From NCBI GenBank assembly GCA_964016885.1, contig OZ024747.1, forward strand, positions 50,034,001 to 50,098,000: DNA of 64,000 nt, written 5' to 3'. The position numbers and the translations under genes are program-made. Source of the stretch: Eledone cirrhosa (taxonomy: Eukaryota). Shown one piece after another: positions 24,370 through 37,336 of the stretch; the first letter of the stretch is position 1; the number at the start of each line of letters is the position of its first letter. Below the pieces are notes generated by a model. That model saw only the letters and a program-made list of their open reading frames with translations, was not told where the DNA came from and did no database searches.

Positions 24370-24663
24370 TATCACGAGAAAAAGCACCCACCCCACTCTG
24401 TAAAGTGGTCATGTAGGTGACACAACAAAAAGCACCCAGTCCACACTGTAAAGTGGTCATGTAGGTGACACAACAAAAAGCACCTAGCCCACACTGTAAA
24501 TGTGGTTGGCATTAGGAAGGGTATCCAGCTGTAGAAAACCAGCCAGAAACAGTCCTATACGAGTGAGACACTGTCACCTAACCCAACTTACCTCAAATGG
24601 GACAAACCCATCTAGCCCATGCTAGCATGGAAGATTGATGTTAAATGATGATGATGATGATGA
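24370..24663 (+). mobile_element. RTE 3' UTR/tail fragment
   Basis: 48-bp cacactgtaaagtggtc repeats, aggaagggtatccagctgtagaaa, (ATG)n. Confidence 0.8.
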
Positions 24664-24706
24664 TACACACATATATACATAGATGTATATATCATTAACA
24701 TTATTT

Positions 24707-24890
24707 GTTGGCAGTATCGGTAGAGAGTCGGACGCCATGCTTTGCAGCAAAGAGTTACGGCTCTTTATGATCTGAGTTCAAATCCCGCCGAGGTTAACTT
24801 TGCCTTTCATCCTTATGGGTTCGATAAAATAAAGTACCAGTAATACCCTGAGATAATTGCTGGCCTGTTGCCAAAAGTAGAAACAATTAT
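24707..24890 (+). mobile_element. SINE family A
   Basis: Family A sequence. Confidence 0.9.
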
Positions 24891-25009
24891 CTGTTCATGA
24901 AACCTATAAGATACAACTTAGTGGTAGACCAGCTAAACCTGCAGAAGTGGGTGCTGGAAATTATTATTTTGTTTCACATATAAACATATAGTAATGTAAA
25001 TACAAACAA

Positions 25010-25044
<35 letters not shown>

Positions 25045-26301
25045 TACACACAAATACATACACACACATATACACATACACACACATATACACACATATA
25101 TATACACTCACATACACACACACACACACATTCGCACATATACACACACATACATACACATACATACACACACACTCACAAAAACACACGTACATACATA
25201 TCTAACACACACACATACTCACATACACACACATATACACACATTCGCACACACACATATACACACACATTCGAACACATACACACACACACATATATAC
25301 ACACACACATATACACACTCACATACACACATATACACACATTCGCACACACACACACATACATACATACACACACACTCACAAAACACACACGTACATA
25401 CATATCTAACACACACACATACACACATACACACATATATACACATACACACACATATACACACACATATACACACTCACATACACACACACATTCGCAC
25501 TCATACACACACACCCCGTCTAACCCATGCTAGAAAATGGACGTTAAACGAAGATGATGATGATGATGACACTCACAAAACGCACACGTACATACATATC
25601 TAACACACACACACATACTCACATACACACACATATATACATATACACACACTCACATTTGCACACATACACACACATACATACACACACACACTCACAA
25701 AACGCACACGTACATACATATCTAACACACACACACACACACACATACACACACATGTACACACTCACATACACACATTCGCTCACATACACACACACTC
25801 ACAAAACACACACGTACATACATATCTAACAACAACAGGAACATGGCTATTTACTTAGCTAAAGCAGGGGTTAATCTGTGAACCCTGTGACAGGCTTTAT
25901 ACTCATCAATAGGGTTTGTTTTAGGGCAGTTGTATAGCCAGATGCTCTTCGTGTTGCCAAATCCTTTTAGTTTCCTCATGACATGTGGCGATACAGTGTA
26001 CCTATTCTAAACCTACATACATACCTAAGCACACACCTCCTTACACACCTCCACGCACCCAACTACACACCTCAATACATACATGATGGGGTCCCAAACA
26101 TTTTGTGCCTACCATAAGACACTGGTCTAATCTGTGGCTATGGTTGTGAAGCAAATTTCTTAACCACACAATACTTGTGACTATTTATAACCTAACTTCC
26201 ATTAAATCTAAACTATAATAAACGAAGTGTCTGCGGGACTGCGTACGGTTTTTTTTTTTTTATCCCGTTAGTAAAATAAGTTGGATTACTTTGAATAAAT
26301 A

Positions 26302-26487
26302 ATTGTTTCTACTTTAGGCACAAGGGCGGAAATTATTTCAGTATATTACTGGTACTTTATTTTATCAACCCCGTAAGGATGAAAGGTAAAGTTAACCTCG
26401 GGGGAATTTGAACTCAGAATGGAAAGGGCTGTAACTCTATGCGTCAAAGCATGGCGTCCGACCCTCTACTGATACTGCCAATCCACC
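26302..26487 (-). mobile_element. SINE family A with 18-bp TSD
   Basis: TSD ttactttgaataaataat at 26286-26303 and 26489-26506. Confidence 0.92.
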
Positions 26488-26748
26488 TTTACTTTGAATA
26501 AATAATGAATGACTATTACATAATTTATCTACTAAATTTCGTAAACAAAAATAATTTCGTAAAAATAAATAATTTAAAATTGACTTCTTTTCAAAGTTGC
26601 ACTTCCGGTATATCGTTGCCACCACCACTTCAACTACCATATATATATAGAAAGAGAGAGTGTGTGATGTCAACACTTCCGGTAGCGATCACTTAAATAA
26701 ACATACTAATTTTCTGTCACTAATTTTCTCCTAATGCAGTTTATATCT

Positions 26749-27826
26749 AACTAGCAGAGGTACCCGGCATTGCTCGGATATTAAATAGCAATTGTGTATA
26801 CCATTTATGTCAATACTTCAGTGCTGCTTCGAAAACTATACTTTTACAAAATCATCGGCTTTTTCCAAAAGGGGGGTTCCTGCCCCCAGGGGTCCCCTAC
26901 CCAATATGTGCCAATTCTGAGAGTTCACATTCATCTGTAGGACAAACGTAGCCCATGTGTCAAGTTTTGTGAAAATCGGTTGCGAACTCCAGAAGTTATG
27001 ACGTTTTGTTGTTTTGCACTGCAGTGCTTCAGTCGACTCCAAAGAAGTGGTTAAAGTGGTTAAAGGGGTTATCTACCCGGGGGGGGGGGCTATAATCAAT
27101 ATCTGGAAAAATGACAGTGCCCATGACCACCCGGAGTACATAAGTAACCTATGTCTTAAGTTTGGTGAAAATACTGTAGAAATGCATAAGGTTTATACAT
27201 ACGCGCGTGCGTTCGTGTGTGTGCGTGTGTGGGTGTGTATGTATTTGTGTGTGCGTATGTATGTGTATGTCCGTCGGGGCATACGTATGTACTGGCCTAA
27301 ATCTTCACTATTTACTTTTACTATTTTAATAATCTCTGTCATTTTCGTTTTCAATTTTATTTACATCATTCTTAAACTCCGGGGCTGGAAATCATTCTGT
27401 TATTTTAAATAGAATATTAGTCTAACGACTTCATTTATACCATAAACTTGGTCTTGTCTTTGCATGAAATTGTTCTTGACGCTCCACATAACGACGTATT
27501 ATCCTCGCTTTTTTCCCGTTCATTGCCAGGGAACGTCTTCACGAACCAAAATATCGTCTTCCTGTTTGCGTTCGGTTGCAACGTTTCTCGAAATAATTAC
27601 TTCTGCGTTCACAGATTACTCTCAGTTCAATTTGAATGGGAAATTCCTGTTTCATCGATTTTCTCCGTAACCATGGAAGATTGTAGCTTGAAAGTCGACC
27701 CAACGCCTCCTCGGGTCATTCTGCATAACTGTATACATTTTCGCTGCATTCCACCAAGCCATTTTGACGCTTATCCGACTACACCTACATATACAACGTC
27801 CGACCACTTCCAATTTATATAGTAGA
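26749..27826 (+). mobile_element. Non-autonomous Helitron/Helentron-like element
   Basis: Starts aactagcagaggtacccggcattgctcgg (short subterminal hairpin) and ends tttatatagtagat; internal CpG-rich non-coding sequence and microsatellite; family assignment from recall of HINE-type termini. Confidence 0.45.
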
Positions 27827-28379
27827 TATATATGAATGACAAAAAGAAAAGTACAAAACTATACATGAATTGTTTCTACTAACCCTTCAATTTAAGACAC
27901 AACCTACATATTTGATAGGACTCCAGCTCACTTCTTCTTCTTCTTTTGCTCCCCCTGGAACATTGGGCTGCGAGCCACCCCCACACAACGCCATGTTCTG
28001 AGTCTGCTTTTCAACTCCACCGTGATGCACGGTGCGTCATGGTGTATCTAACCAATTTTTTAGGTCTTACTGCACATTTCATTTTTTCAAAGCTAAAACT
28101 GCCGATCCAAAATCAGTAATTCAACTCCCTGAAAACTTTCAAATATATGCTGTTCTAGCATGAATATTATGCTAAGGATAAGCTGTCCACAGAGTAAGAT
28201 TTACTTGCATATCCCCGCTCATATAAACACATAAATACATGCATACATACATGACAGTTGATATTTTTTTTTCATTAAAGCGTTTTCATATTATATATAT
28301 ATATATAGTGACGAAACATAAGTCAATTGCATGAACTCATAATCCTTTATTTACTGCTTTATTTGTATGAAATTGTAAA

Positions 28380-28607
28380 TAAGACAAAAGTATTAGAACA
28401 GGGGGAAATAACTCACCGAACGCGATAGTTTTGGGGCCCCAGGGACCACATTTTTCAAGTTAGAGATTTGAAACCTCGTCTATTTGCTTCCTTGGCACTT
28501 TTTACATAGGTGTGTAAATTTTCATGTCAGTCCGACCACGTCTACTACCATTTAACCGTGCACATCTGAATTTCAACCAGCACCCATTTCACAAATATAT
28601 ATTAGAT
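28380..28607 (+). mobile_element. Short non-autonomous DNA element (HINE-like)
   Basis: aaattttcatgtcagtccgacc motif and tatatattagat end, similar in style to 26749-27826. Confidence 0.3.
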
Positions 28608-29164
28608 ATCGTCTTTTTTTAATGTATCATGGATTACGTTACAGATTACATAAGACAGTGTAACAATGTCTTCGTTCAATTTCTGTTTATTTTGTCAATT
28701 ACGATTTTATTTGATGTATCATATCTACATGTATATATACTTGCGTATAATATCAATATACACACTACACATGCTAGTATTAATAATAATATCTTTCACA
28801 GAATATAAAAACTTTCTAAGAACTTCATCTCCTGGACGTTACAACATATGGCTGTCCTTCGATTTTTCAGCTTTGCATCATGCTTCTCTGGTTCCAACAC
28901 TTTTCATAGTTATGGGCTGCTCTTGGGACCATATTCTATGCCAATGGTACTTTCATTCCTTGTCTATAATATTTGGAGAATTCTTCAATATTTCTTACTA
29001 AATATAATGTCTTTTATACCAATATTAAAGATGGCTCCATCTTTCAGATCTGAATATTATGTCTTTTACACCAATATTAAGTTCGTTCATTCCTATTTGT
29101 TTTCTATGTATTTCCATATCCCAGAGAACCACACCATTTTAAGTCTATTTTACTGAGACATTAT

Positions 29165-30078
29165 TGTCTGTTAGTAAAGTTATATGACTTAGTGGTTAGA
29201 ATGGTATCGTCTGTTAGTGAAGTTATATGACCTAGTAGTTAGAATGGTATCGTCTGTTAGTGAAGTTATATGACCTAGTAGTTAGAATGGTATCGTCTGT
29301 TAGTGAAGTTATATGACCTAGTAGTTAGAATGGTATCGTCTGTTAGTGAAGTTATATGACCTAGTGGTTATAATGGTATCGTCTGTTAGTGAAGTTATAT
29401 GACCTAGTAGTTAGAATGGTATCGTCTGTTAGTGAAGTTATATGACCTAGTAGTTAGAATGGTATCGTCTGTTAGTGAAGTTATATGACTTAGTGGTTAT
29501 AATGGTATCGTCTGTTAGTGAAGTTATATGACCAGTGGTTAGAATGGTATCGTCTGTTAGTAAAGTTATATGACCTAGTGGTTATAATGGTATCGTCTGT
29601 TAGTGAAGTTATATGACCTAGTGGTTATAATGGTATCATCTGTTACTGAAGTTATATGACCTAGTGGTTATAATGGTATCGTCTTTTAGTGAAGTTATAT
29701 GACCCAGTGGTTATAATGGTATCGTCTGTTAGTAAAGTTATATGACCTAGTGGTTATAATGGTATCGTCTGTTAGTGAAGTTATATGACCTAGTGGTTAT
29801 AATGGTATCATCTGTTACTGAAGTTATATAACCTAGTGGTTATAATGGTATCGTCTTTTAGTGAAGTTATATGACCCAGTGGTTAGAATGGTATCGTCTG
29901 TTAGTAAAGTTATATGACCTAGTGGTTATAATGGTATCGTCTGTTAGTGAAGTTATATGACCTAGTGGTTAGAATGGTATCGTCTGTTAGTAAAGTTATA
30001 TGACCTAGTGGTTATAATGGTATCGTCTGTTAGTGAAGTTATATGACCTAGTGGTTAGAACGGTATTGTCTGTTAGTG
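29165..30078. repeat. 43-bp minisatellite, about 21 copies, containing a SINE-B-like Pol III A-box
   Basis: tcgtctgttagtgaagttatatgacctagt(a/g)gttagaatggta. Confidence 0.95.
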
Positions 30079-30482
30079 ATTAGAATGTGGTTAGAATGCT
30101 TTTCCTTGGACTATATCGGGGAAGTGAAGTAGGGAGACTGTTCTTCCACAAAACACCTTTCCCAGGCTCAAGCCTTTGAGAATATCTTTCCAGGTCCAAA
30201 CCTATGGTCAGGCATGGTGGTTGTGGTGGTGGGAACTCACAGTGTTAATCAAACCATATCAATAAGTAGAATTGGAACAAATGAACATCTGATAAGTGGA
30301 GCCTACAATTTGTCCCACCCTTGCAAGCAGGGAAAAGCGGACGTAAAATGATGATGATGATTCTACACTGGAACCATTTCACTGCCACCATGTCTCTCAC
30401 TCTTCCCAACTCTTACTAAAAACAACAGAAGTAAGCTTTATTTCATTTTTCTGTTTTTCTTTTTTTTTCTGTTCAAGTTCTA

Positions 30483-30541
30483 GCTGTCTGATGAGGTCAT
30501 AGCTGTTGAATAATGGTTATCACTGAAATATATATAACAGC
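30483..30541 (+). ncRNA. Minimal type I hammerhead ribozyme motif (Penelope-LTR-type)
   Basis: Stem I GCTGT/ACAGC; core CTGATGA; stem II GGT-C-ATAGC/GTTAT-C-ACT; GAAA; palindromic stem III ATATATAT; cleavage triplet AUA (after 30536); AATAAA just downstream. Confidence 0.7.
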
Positions 30542-30709
30542 CACTATGAATAAACAAAGTGAATTATAACCTGTTGACTTATACTTCATGTTTATTAATA
30601 TACTCCGGAATAAACAGACCCACCTGCGCACTTTGTCGAGTGCTCTACCTTGCATGCTAATGTGTTGGGTATTAACCAACACATACTCGAATTAATTTAT
30701 ATCTATGTC

Positions 30710-30826
<117 letters not shown>

Positions 30827-31033
30827 TAGGACTTTCTTAGAGAGTTCTCTTCAACACGTTGGCTTCCGATCAAGGAGAAATGTTGTCTCTCATCCACTAA
30901 TTTCTATAAAAACTGATGTTGTGTACTACTTACACCTTTAATATAAATTTGATTTATTAATAAATTCAGTTTTAACCCTTGTAAAATATAAATTAATATT
31001 TAAACCATTCTTTTATTTTCTGCTATATTTTAG

Positions 31034-31095
31034 GAAATCTATTGAGGAGGAATTGTCATACTGAGCTTCTTATAGTTGGATAATGGGATTCCAAG
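31034..31095 (+). other. Candidate host-gene exon containing a start codon (5' UTR plus ATG GGA TTC CAA G)
   Basis: Pyrimidine-rich acceptor ttttattttctgctatattttAG, strong donor CAAG|GTAAGT, ataATGg Kozak context; stops in all three frames before the ATG; unique non-repeat sequence. Confidence 0.35.
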
Positions 31096-31546
31096 GTAAG
31101 TAAACTTGTATAGTATGCTAAGGAATATTTATACCATTATATTAAGCATAAATTGGTAGAGCTGGTGTCACAATAAAGCGTACCCAATATGCTCTTTAAA
31201 TTGGTAGTGCTGGTGTCACAATAAAATCTTTAAATTGGTAGTGATGGTTTCACAATAACATAGACCCACTATAGTCCTCCATGTAAAGTGGTTGTGCAGG
31301 TGTCATGACAAAAAGTACATTGCCCACACTGTAAATGTGGTTAGCATTAGGAAGGGCATCCAGTCATAGAAACAAAGCCAAAATCAGTTCTGTGTGACCT
31401 GGCTGTTTCACAATGGGACAACTCTTCTAATCCATGCTGGCATTAAATGATGATGATGATGATATACATATATATAAACACACATATATATATATATTAG
31501 GGATTATAATGTCAAGTCCCTGTAGTTTCATCAGAGTGAGCACTCG

Positions 31547-31849
31547 ATGCATAGTTTCAACAGATACAAGCGTTCCCAGACACAGCTAGCTGACATGATC
31601 TGGGACCTCAAGGATAGACACCTAACATACCAGATCAGATGGTCCATACAGAAATGCATGGATCAACATTCCATCGGAAGGAGCCACTGTAGATTGTGCC
31701 TGGTGGAATTAGCAGAAATCATTAAATTAAAATCACCAATTAATTTAAAATCAGGGATTATTGTGAACTGCCGCCATGTAAAAAAATATACATTCTCTGC
31801 CCTAGTATTCGGACCAAAACTGAGGACAGGCCCCGATTTAGCCACCTGA
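31547..31849 (+). mobile_element. Penelope-like GIY-YIG endonuclease C-terminal fragment
   Basis: HSFNRYKRSQTQLADMIWDLKD...RWSI...CRLCLVELAEII...NLKSGIIVNCRHVKKY. Confidence 0.8.
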
Positions 31850-31944
31850 ATACACACTTTGTACAACAACCATTCTCCTACACCACCAACATCTTCTTCA
31901 TTACCTCAATTATTATCATTGTTATTATTATTGGCAGTATCGGT

Positions 31945-32335
31945 AGAGCATCAGAGCCTCAGATTTTAGGTTGACCACGTTATCCTTTAATCTGACTATC
32001 TCCTTGACTTCTGTCAGACATAGTCTACAGCGTCCTTCACCGGCAGAATATGCAGCTGCACGTTGAACTACACTCCAGTAGAGATTGTATGTTGTACGGC
32101 TATCTTTGAAACCCCAGATTAAGTCCGCCAGCCTAGTGGAGTGTCTCTTAGCCCGGTCCTTGAAAGAATTTGTATGGTTGTACATCTTCGACTTAAAGGT
32201 CGTGGATGTTGCACCGATGTAGATGTGCTTTGTGTTGTGTGTCTCAACCACACATTTATACATGATGCTTTTCATTAGACAGCTCCCCTGTAGGGGGCAT
32301 TGTGTATTATTGCGGCAGTTACAAGTTCAGGTTTG
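31945..32335 (-). mobile_element. Penelope-like (Neptune-type) GIY-YIG endonuclease, inverted relative to the adjacent RT
   Basis: CNCRNNTQCPLQGSCLMKSIMYKC...HIYIGATSTTFKSKMYNHTNSF...CRLCLTEVKEI. Confidence 0.88.
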
Positions 32336-32344
32336 AAGTTGCCT

Positions 32345-33470
32345 GATTACTGGAAGACTTTGAAACTGAATCATTAATATGGTCCGAAACGTTAAATTCC
32401 GAAGGATTACTACATGTAACAACACTTACCTCACGGAACTCAGCTCCCAGATTAAATGCATACAGCATGCCCGGATTTACTTGTGCCATCGGATAAAACG
32501 GGTATCATATACAGGCTTGACCACAAAGAATATAATGACTGCATTAGTAAGGAAATTAGGAAAAATTATAGGACCACGGGACAAGACAACCTTAATAACA
32601 TTAACACAGCAACAAGAAATAGACGATAGGACTGAACCATATGTACCTAGGAAACCCAGGGTATCTATTAAGGACCACAAGACAGACTTTAGGACTAATC
32701 TCCCGGTTAGGTTAATAGCACCCTCTAAGTCGAATATAGGTAGAGTCAGTAAAAATATAATAGATAGGATATTACCCAAACTAAGGACTAGAACTAAACT
32801 TACCTTAAGGACCTCCACCTAGGAAGTGATAGACTGGTTCTCGCTATTAGGTAACAAACATCAAGTGATGTTCATACAGTTGGACATATAGCGATTATTA
32901 CGCGTCCATATCCCCATTAATTGTTAATAAGTCTCCCATGAATGCTATGAGTAAATCTAACCTCACGAGAAGAAAAGTAGACATTATTGTAGTAGCGAGA
33001 AAAACACTAATACGGTACAACGATAGACTACGGGAATGGAGAGATAGACCCGATAGTTTTGACATAACGATGGCGTTAATGACTCCGCGCAAGTGATAGA
33101 CCTAGTGGGAATTTTCCTCCTCCAATGGCTGCCGGAGGAGATCCCTGGGGTGGGGTGGACTATATAGAGATGAAACTCTCTTTACCTTCCGCTCACTAAA
33201 CCTTAGGATATGTGGAAACGCATTAGACATTAGACGGAATAACTATAGAGGTAGACCCTGGCACAAGGACGGTGAACTTCCTGGATGTAACCCTGGAGCT
33301 GGACACAGGCATTCACCAGCCCTATCATAAGCCTAACGAAAACTTACAATATGTAAGCAGGCATTCGAACCACTCTAAGTCAGTAATCAACTGTATAGTT
33401 AAGGGGGTTTCGAACCGGGTGTCTACCTTGTCGGTCAACGCAGATGTGTTCAGCTAGCACGCCGAATATT
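32345..33470 (+). mobile_element. Penelope-like reverse transcriptase remnant (frameshifted)
   Basis: SIKDHKTDFRTNLPVRLIAPSKSNIGRVSK; EVIDWF; FIQLDI; FDITM; NFLDVTLEL..YHKPNENLQYVSRHSNH. Confidence 0.88.
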
Positions 33471-33829
33471 ATATACATTTTAATTTATATACGCACCTCT
33501 ATAACTATATAACACACGCGTACAAATCCAAAGAGACCTGTTTCGCCAGGAAGTTGTTGACTGAAATGGAATAGCCTATGGTTCATCAGCGCAGGCAAGA
33601 CTATACATTCCAGACAACTCTAAGATAATCTAAAGTGACCGTCCAGCTACACGCGGCAGAGAGATGTCAGAGCGTGTTTAGGGCAGTGAACCAGTGGTAT
33701 CTGAGGGACAAGCTGCTAGAAAAAGCAGCCCCAAAATCACTCAAAGAAGTGTACTCAACCAAACAGAGAGAGAGGAAAGACTGTTATAAGGAGCGAAACT
33801 GTTTTAGCTGGACTGTATCTGTAATTCCT

Positions 33830-34605
33830 TTTCTTCTTGTTTCTCTATCAAGTAATATTACCCCAAAGACCCTTTGGAGGAACCCCATTTTGACCACTTG
33901 TATTCGCAATCATATTCTTTCGGTCATTACCCAAGATTCATGACAATAGGTAAAGGTTGGCATGAATACTGAATTGAAGATAGTGAGTTTGGCTTTTACA
34001 CCTACCTCCCTTCTGATTACCAAATGTTGAAGCTGGCGCATTACTGCACCAGCTTTTGTAATTCTTGCACTTAATTCGGCCACCTACCTTCCTTTACTCA
34101 TGAATACGGCCCATGATACTTGAACTTCTCTACCTCCTTGAGTGGAACTCCATTCACATGGAGAGTGCACTGTAAAGGCTTCCTTGAGAGGATCTTGTCT
34201 CAGTTTTTTCAGCACTGATTTTCGTTCCAGCCATGCAGCACTCAGCATCAAACCTATCAAGTGCAAATTGAAGATTATCTTCTGCCCAGTTAAGTAACAC
34301 CATGTCATCTGCAAATTCCAGTCGACTGAATTTGCACCCGCCAGTCATGATACCACTTCCAGCCCTGCTGCGCATGTCAATGCTGTTCATAAAGATTATG
34401 AACAGGAGAGGTGACAGTACGCACCCTTGGCAGAGTTCGAATGGTTTCAAAACACAATTACTAGGGCATTTGTATAGTGACATCAGGACCTGCGGAATGT
34501 CATCATATCCCTTCTCAAGGCCTACAAAGCAAGAATACACTTCTTGGCAGTAAAACCATGATTTCTCAAAGACCTGTCTCAGTGTGAGTATTTGGTCGGC
34601 TGTAT
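33830..34605 (-). mobile_element. Second RTE-type (Expander-like) LINE RT remnant
   Basis: QGCVLSPLLFIIFM, LEFADDMVLL, TYCHESWVMTERI. Confidence 0.8.
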
Positions 34606-35339
34606 TTGAAGCCTCTGCCAGACGACCCTCTCAGGAATAAGTGGGCAAAGAATAAGTGAAAGACTTGGCAGAATTTAATAGAATAGACATTTTTTTTCAA
34701 TATAGTTTAGTTTTAGTTTTCAACTAGCAATAACCACACCTTGGATAACCCTCACTGGTTATGGTACCGCTATCAATTTACTCGTTAGATTGTAACTGAT
34801 ATGAAAGTTTAAATTCAAATATGAACTTCTTATAACAAAAGGTTTTTGTATCACAAGATTTTAAATGGATGGTTTTGTTTTATAGAAGCAGAGCTGGTAT
34901 GGGCTGGATCGGTACAATCAGAGTTAAATTACCATTGTAATATGGTTGAAATTGTTATTCTAGCTATTTGTTGTGGTTGCTGTTGTTGAAGTCATTGACT
35001 AGTGTCCAGGTCCTCAGAGATAGCTAAAGCTATACAAAATTTACCATGGTTGTTGTCAGCTTAATGGAAGCTATTAGAAAAACAATGGATGTGACAAATT
35101 TGATACGGACACACACACGCACACATTTATATATATATACAAATACATATAGACACAGACTCAAACACACACATGGGTACCCCCCCACACACACTCACAA
35201 GCATACACAATCAACACCCACATATACATAGACAAATACATACAAACACACATATGGGTACACATCCACACACACACATATATATATATATATACAAATA
35301 CATATAGACACACACACAAACACACATATGGGTACACAT

Positions 35340-35404
<65 letters not shown>

Positions 35405-35450
35405 CAAATACGTATAGACACACACACAAACACACATATGGGTACACATC

Positions 35451-35494
<44 letters not shown>

Positions 35495-35948
35495 CATATA
35501 GACACACACACAAACACACATATGGGTACCTCCTACACACACACACACACACACATACAAATACATATAGACACACACATAGTTTTACAAATACATACAA
35601 ACACACAAACATGGGTACATAGTGACACCCACACAAACACATGTATACAAATACATACAGCCACACACACACACACACACAAACACACACATATGGGTAC
35701 ACAGCCCCCCACACACACACATACATTGAAATAGTGACAGACAAACAGACAGATGTCTAGAGAATGGAACTAAAGACAAAACTGAAATCATAACAATCAC
35801 TTAAATCTGCACTAAATAGTCTCTTTCTCCATCTTGTTTGTTTCCTCTGATATTCACTTGTTTGTATTTATATATGATGATGATGATGATGATGATGATT
35901 ATATATATATATTATACATATTATATATATTATATATATTATATATAT

Positions 35949-35979
<31 letters not shown>

Positions 35980-36086
35980 ATATATATATATATTATATAT
36001 ATATTATATATATATATATTATATATATATATTATATATATATATTATATATATATATTATATATATATATTATTATTATTATTCA

Positions 36087-36270
36087 GGGTGGTGGGTCAG
36101 TATCGGTAGAGGGTCAGACGCCATGCTTTCCAGCATAGTTACGTTCCTTTACAGTCTGAGTTCAAGTCCCATTGAGATTGACTTTGCCTTTCATCCTTAC
36201 GGGGTCGATAAAATAAAGTACCAGTAATGTACTGGGTAATTGCTGGCCTTGTGCCTAAAATAGAAACAAT
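36087..36270 (+). mobile_element. SINE family A
   Basis: Family A sequence. Confidence 0.88.
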
Positions 36271-36279
36271 TATTATTAT

Positions 36280-36702
36280 TCGGTGATACCCTGATTAACT
36301 TTTTCAAATTTCATTTGAAAAGGAAAATCAGGGTAGAGAGGGAAGTGCTCTCTTCCCAGCATTTTGTTGAAAGATGGGTGAGAGAGGCAAGCATGGCCTG
36401 AGTGAATGGGCCTGTAAATTGTACTCTGAGTATGTGCCTGTAAATTGAAGGTGGAAAACTGGGAGAGGGCACTTGCCCGGGTGGTCAGGGTCACCGTGGC
36501 TTTTTTTTTTAATGGGCTTTCTCCACAATGGCCCTCGGAGGTCTCCCTCCTATTGGGGAATCTTTCCTTGTTCCTTTTTTTGTTACATCCTCTGTTTTTG
36601 TTTTTTTTACATGCAGAAATGCCCATTTGTATCATCCTGTATTGTCCTGTACTGTCCTTAATGTCTACTTTGTGTAAACCCTTGTGGTTAATAAAGAAAG
36701 CA
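36280..36702 (+). mobile_element. L1/Tx1-like LINE 3' end
   Basis: LINFFKFHLKRKIRVEREVLSSQHFVERWV*, 3' UTR with AATAAA, flanked by (ATT)n. Confidence 0.6.
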
Positions 36703-36727
36703 TTATTATTATTATTATTATTATTAT

Positions 36728-36841
36728 AATTGTTTCTACTTTTGGAACAAGGCCAGCAATTACCCAGTACATTACTGATAAAATAAAGTAGCAGTAATTT
36801 ACTGGGTAATTGCTGTCCTTGTGCCAAAAGTAGAAACAATT
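36728..36841. repeat. Fold-back (inverted pair) of SINE family A 3' tails
   Basis: aattgtttctac...ccagtacattactg / cagtaatttactggg...gtagaaacaatt. Confidence 0.85.
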
Positions 36842-36861
36842 ATTATTATTATTATTATTAT

Positions 36862-37025
<164 letters not shown>

Positions 37026-37336
37026 GGGGGGGGGTTTAGAAATCCGTAGATGAAAGATCAAGGAAAACTGCTCAATCTGTTGGAAGAGAGCTTATTTTCT
37101 TATCTTTGTTCATGTGCCCAAATGAAGGGCCAGTTTAAAAGAGCTTCCTCCAATATACAGTGGTGGCCATGACTGGACACTGAAATAAATGGTAGCACAT
37201 TCATGTTAAGTATATGATACTTTGTTTATACTATATATATGTATGTTTATATATATATATATCATCATTCATCATCATCATCATCATTTCATTTTGCGTC
37301 CGCTTTTTCCCTGCTTGCAATATATATATATACATA

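Noticed and set aside
29165-30078. CRISPR-like regular arrays (also 38593, 56935, 61733)
   Set aside because: Units are contiguous tandem copies with no unique spacers, there are no cas genes, and the DNA is eukaryotic.
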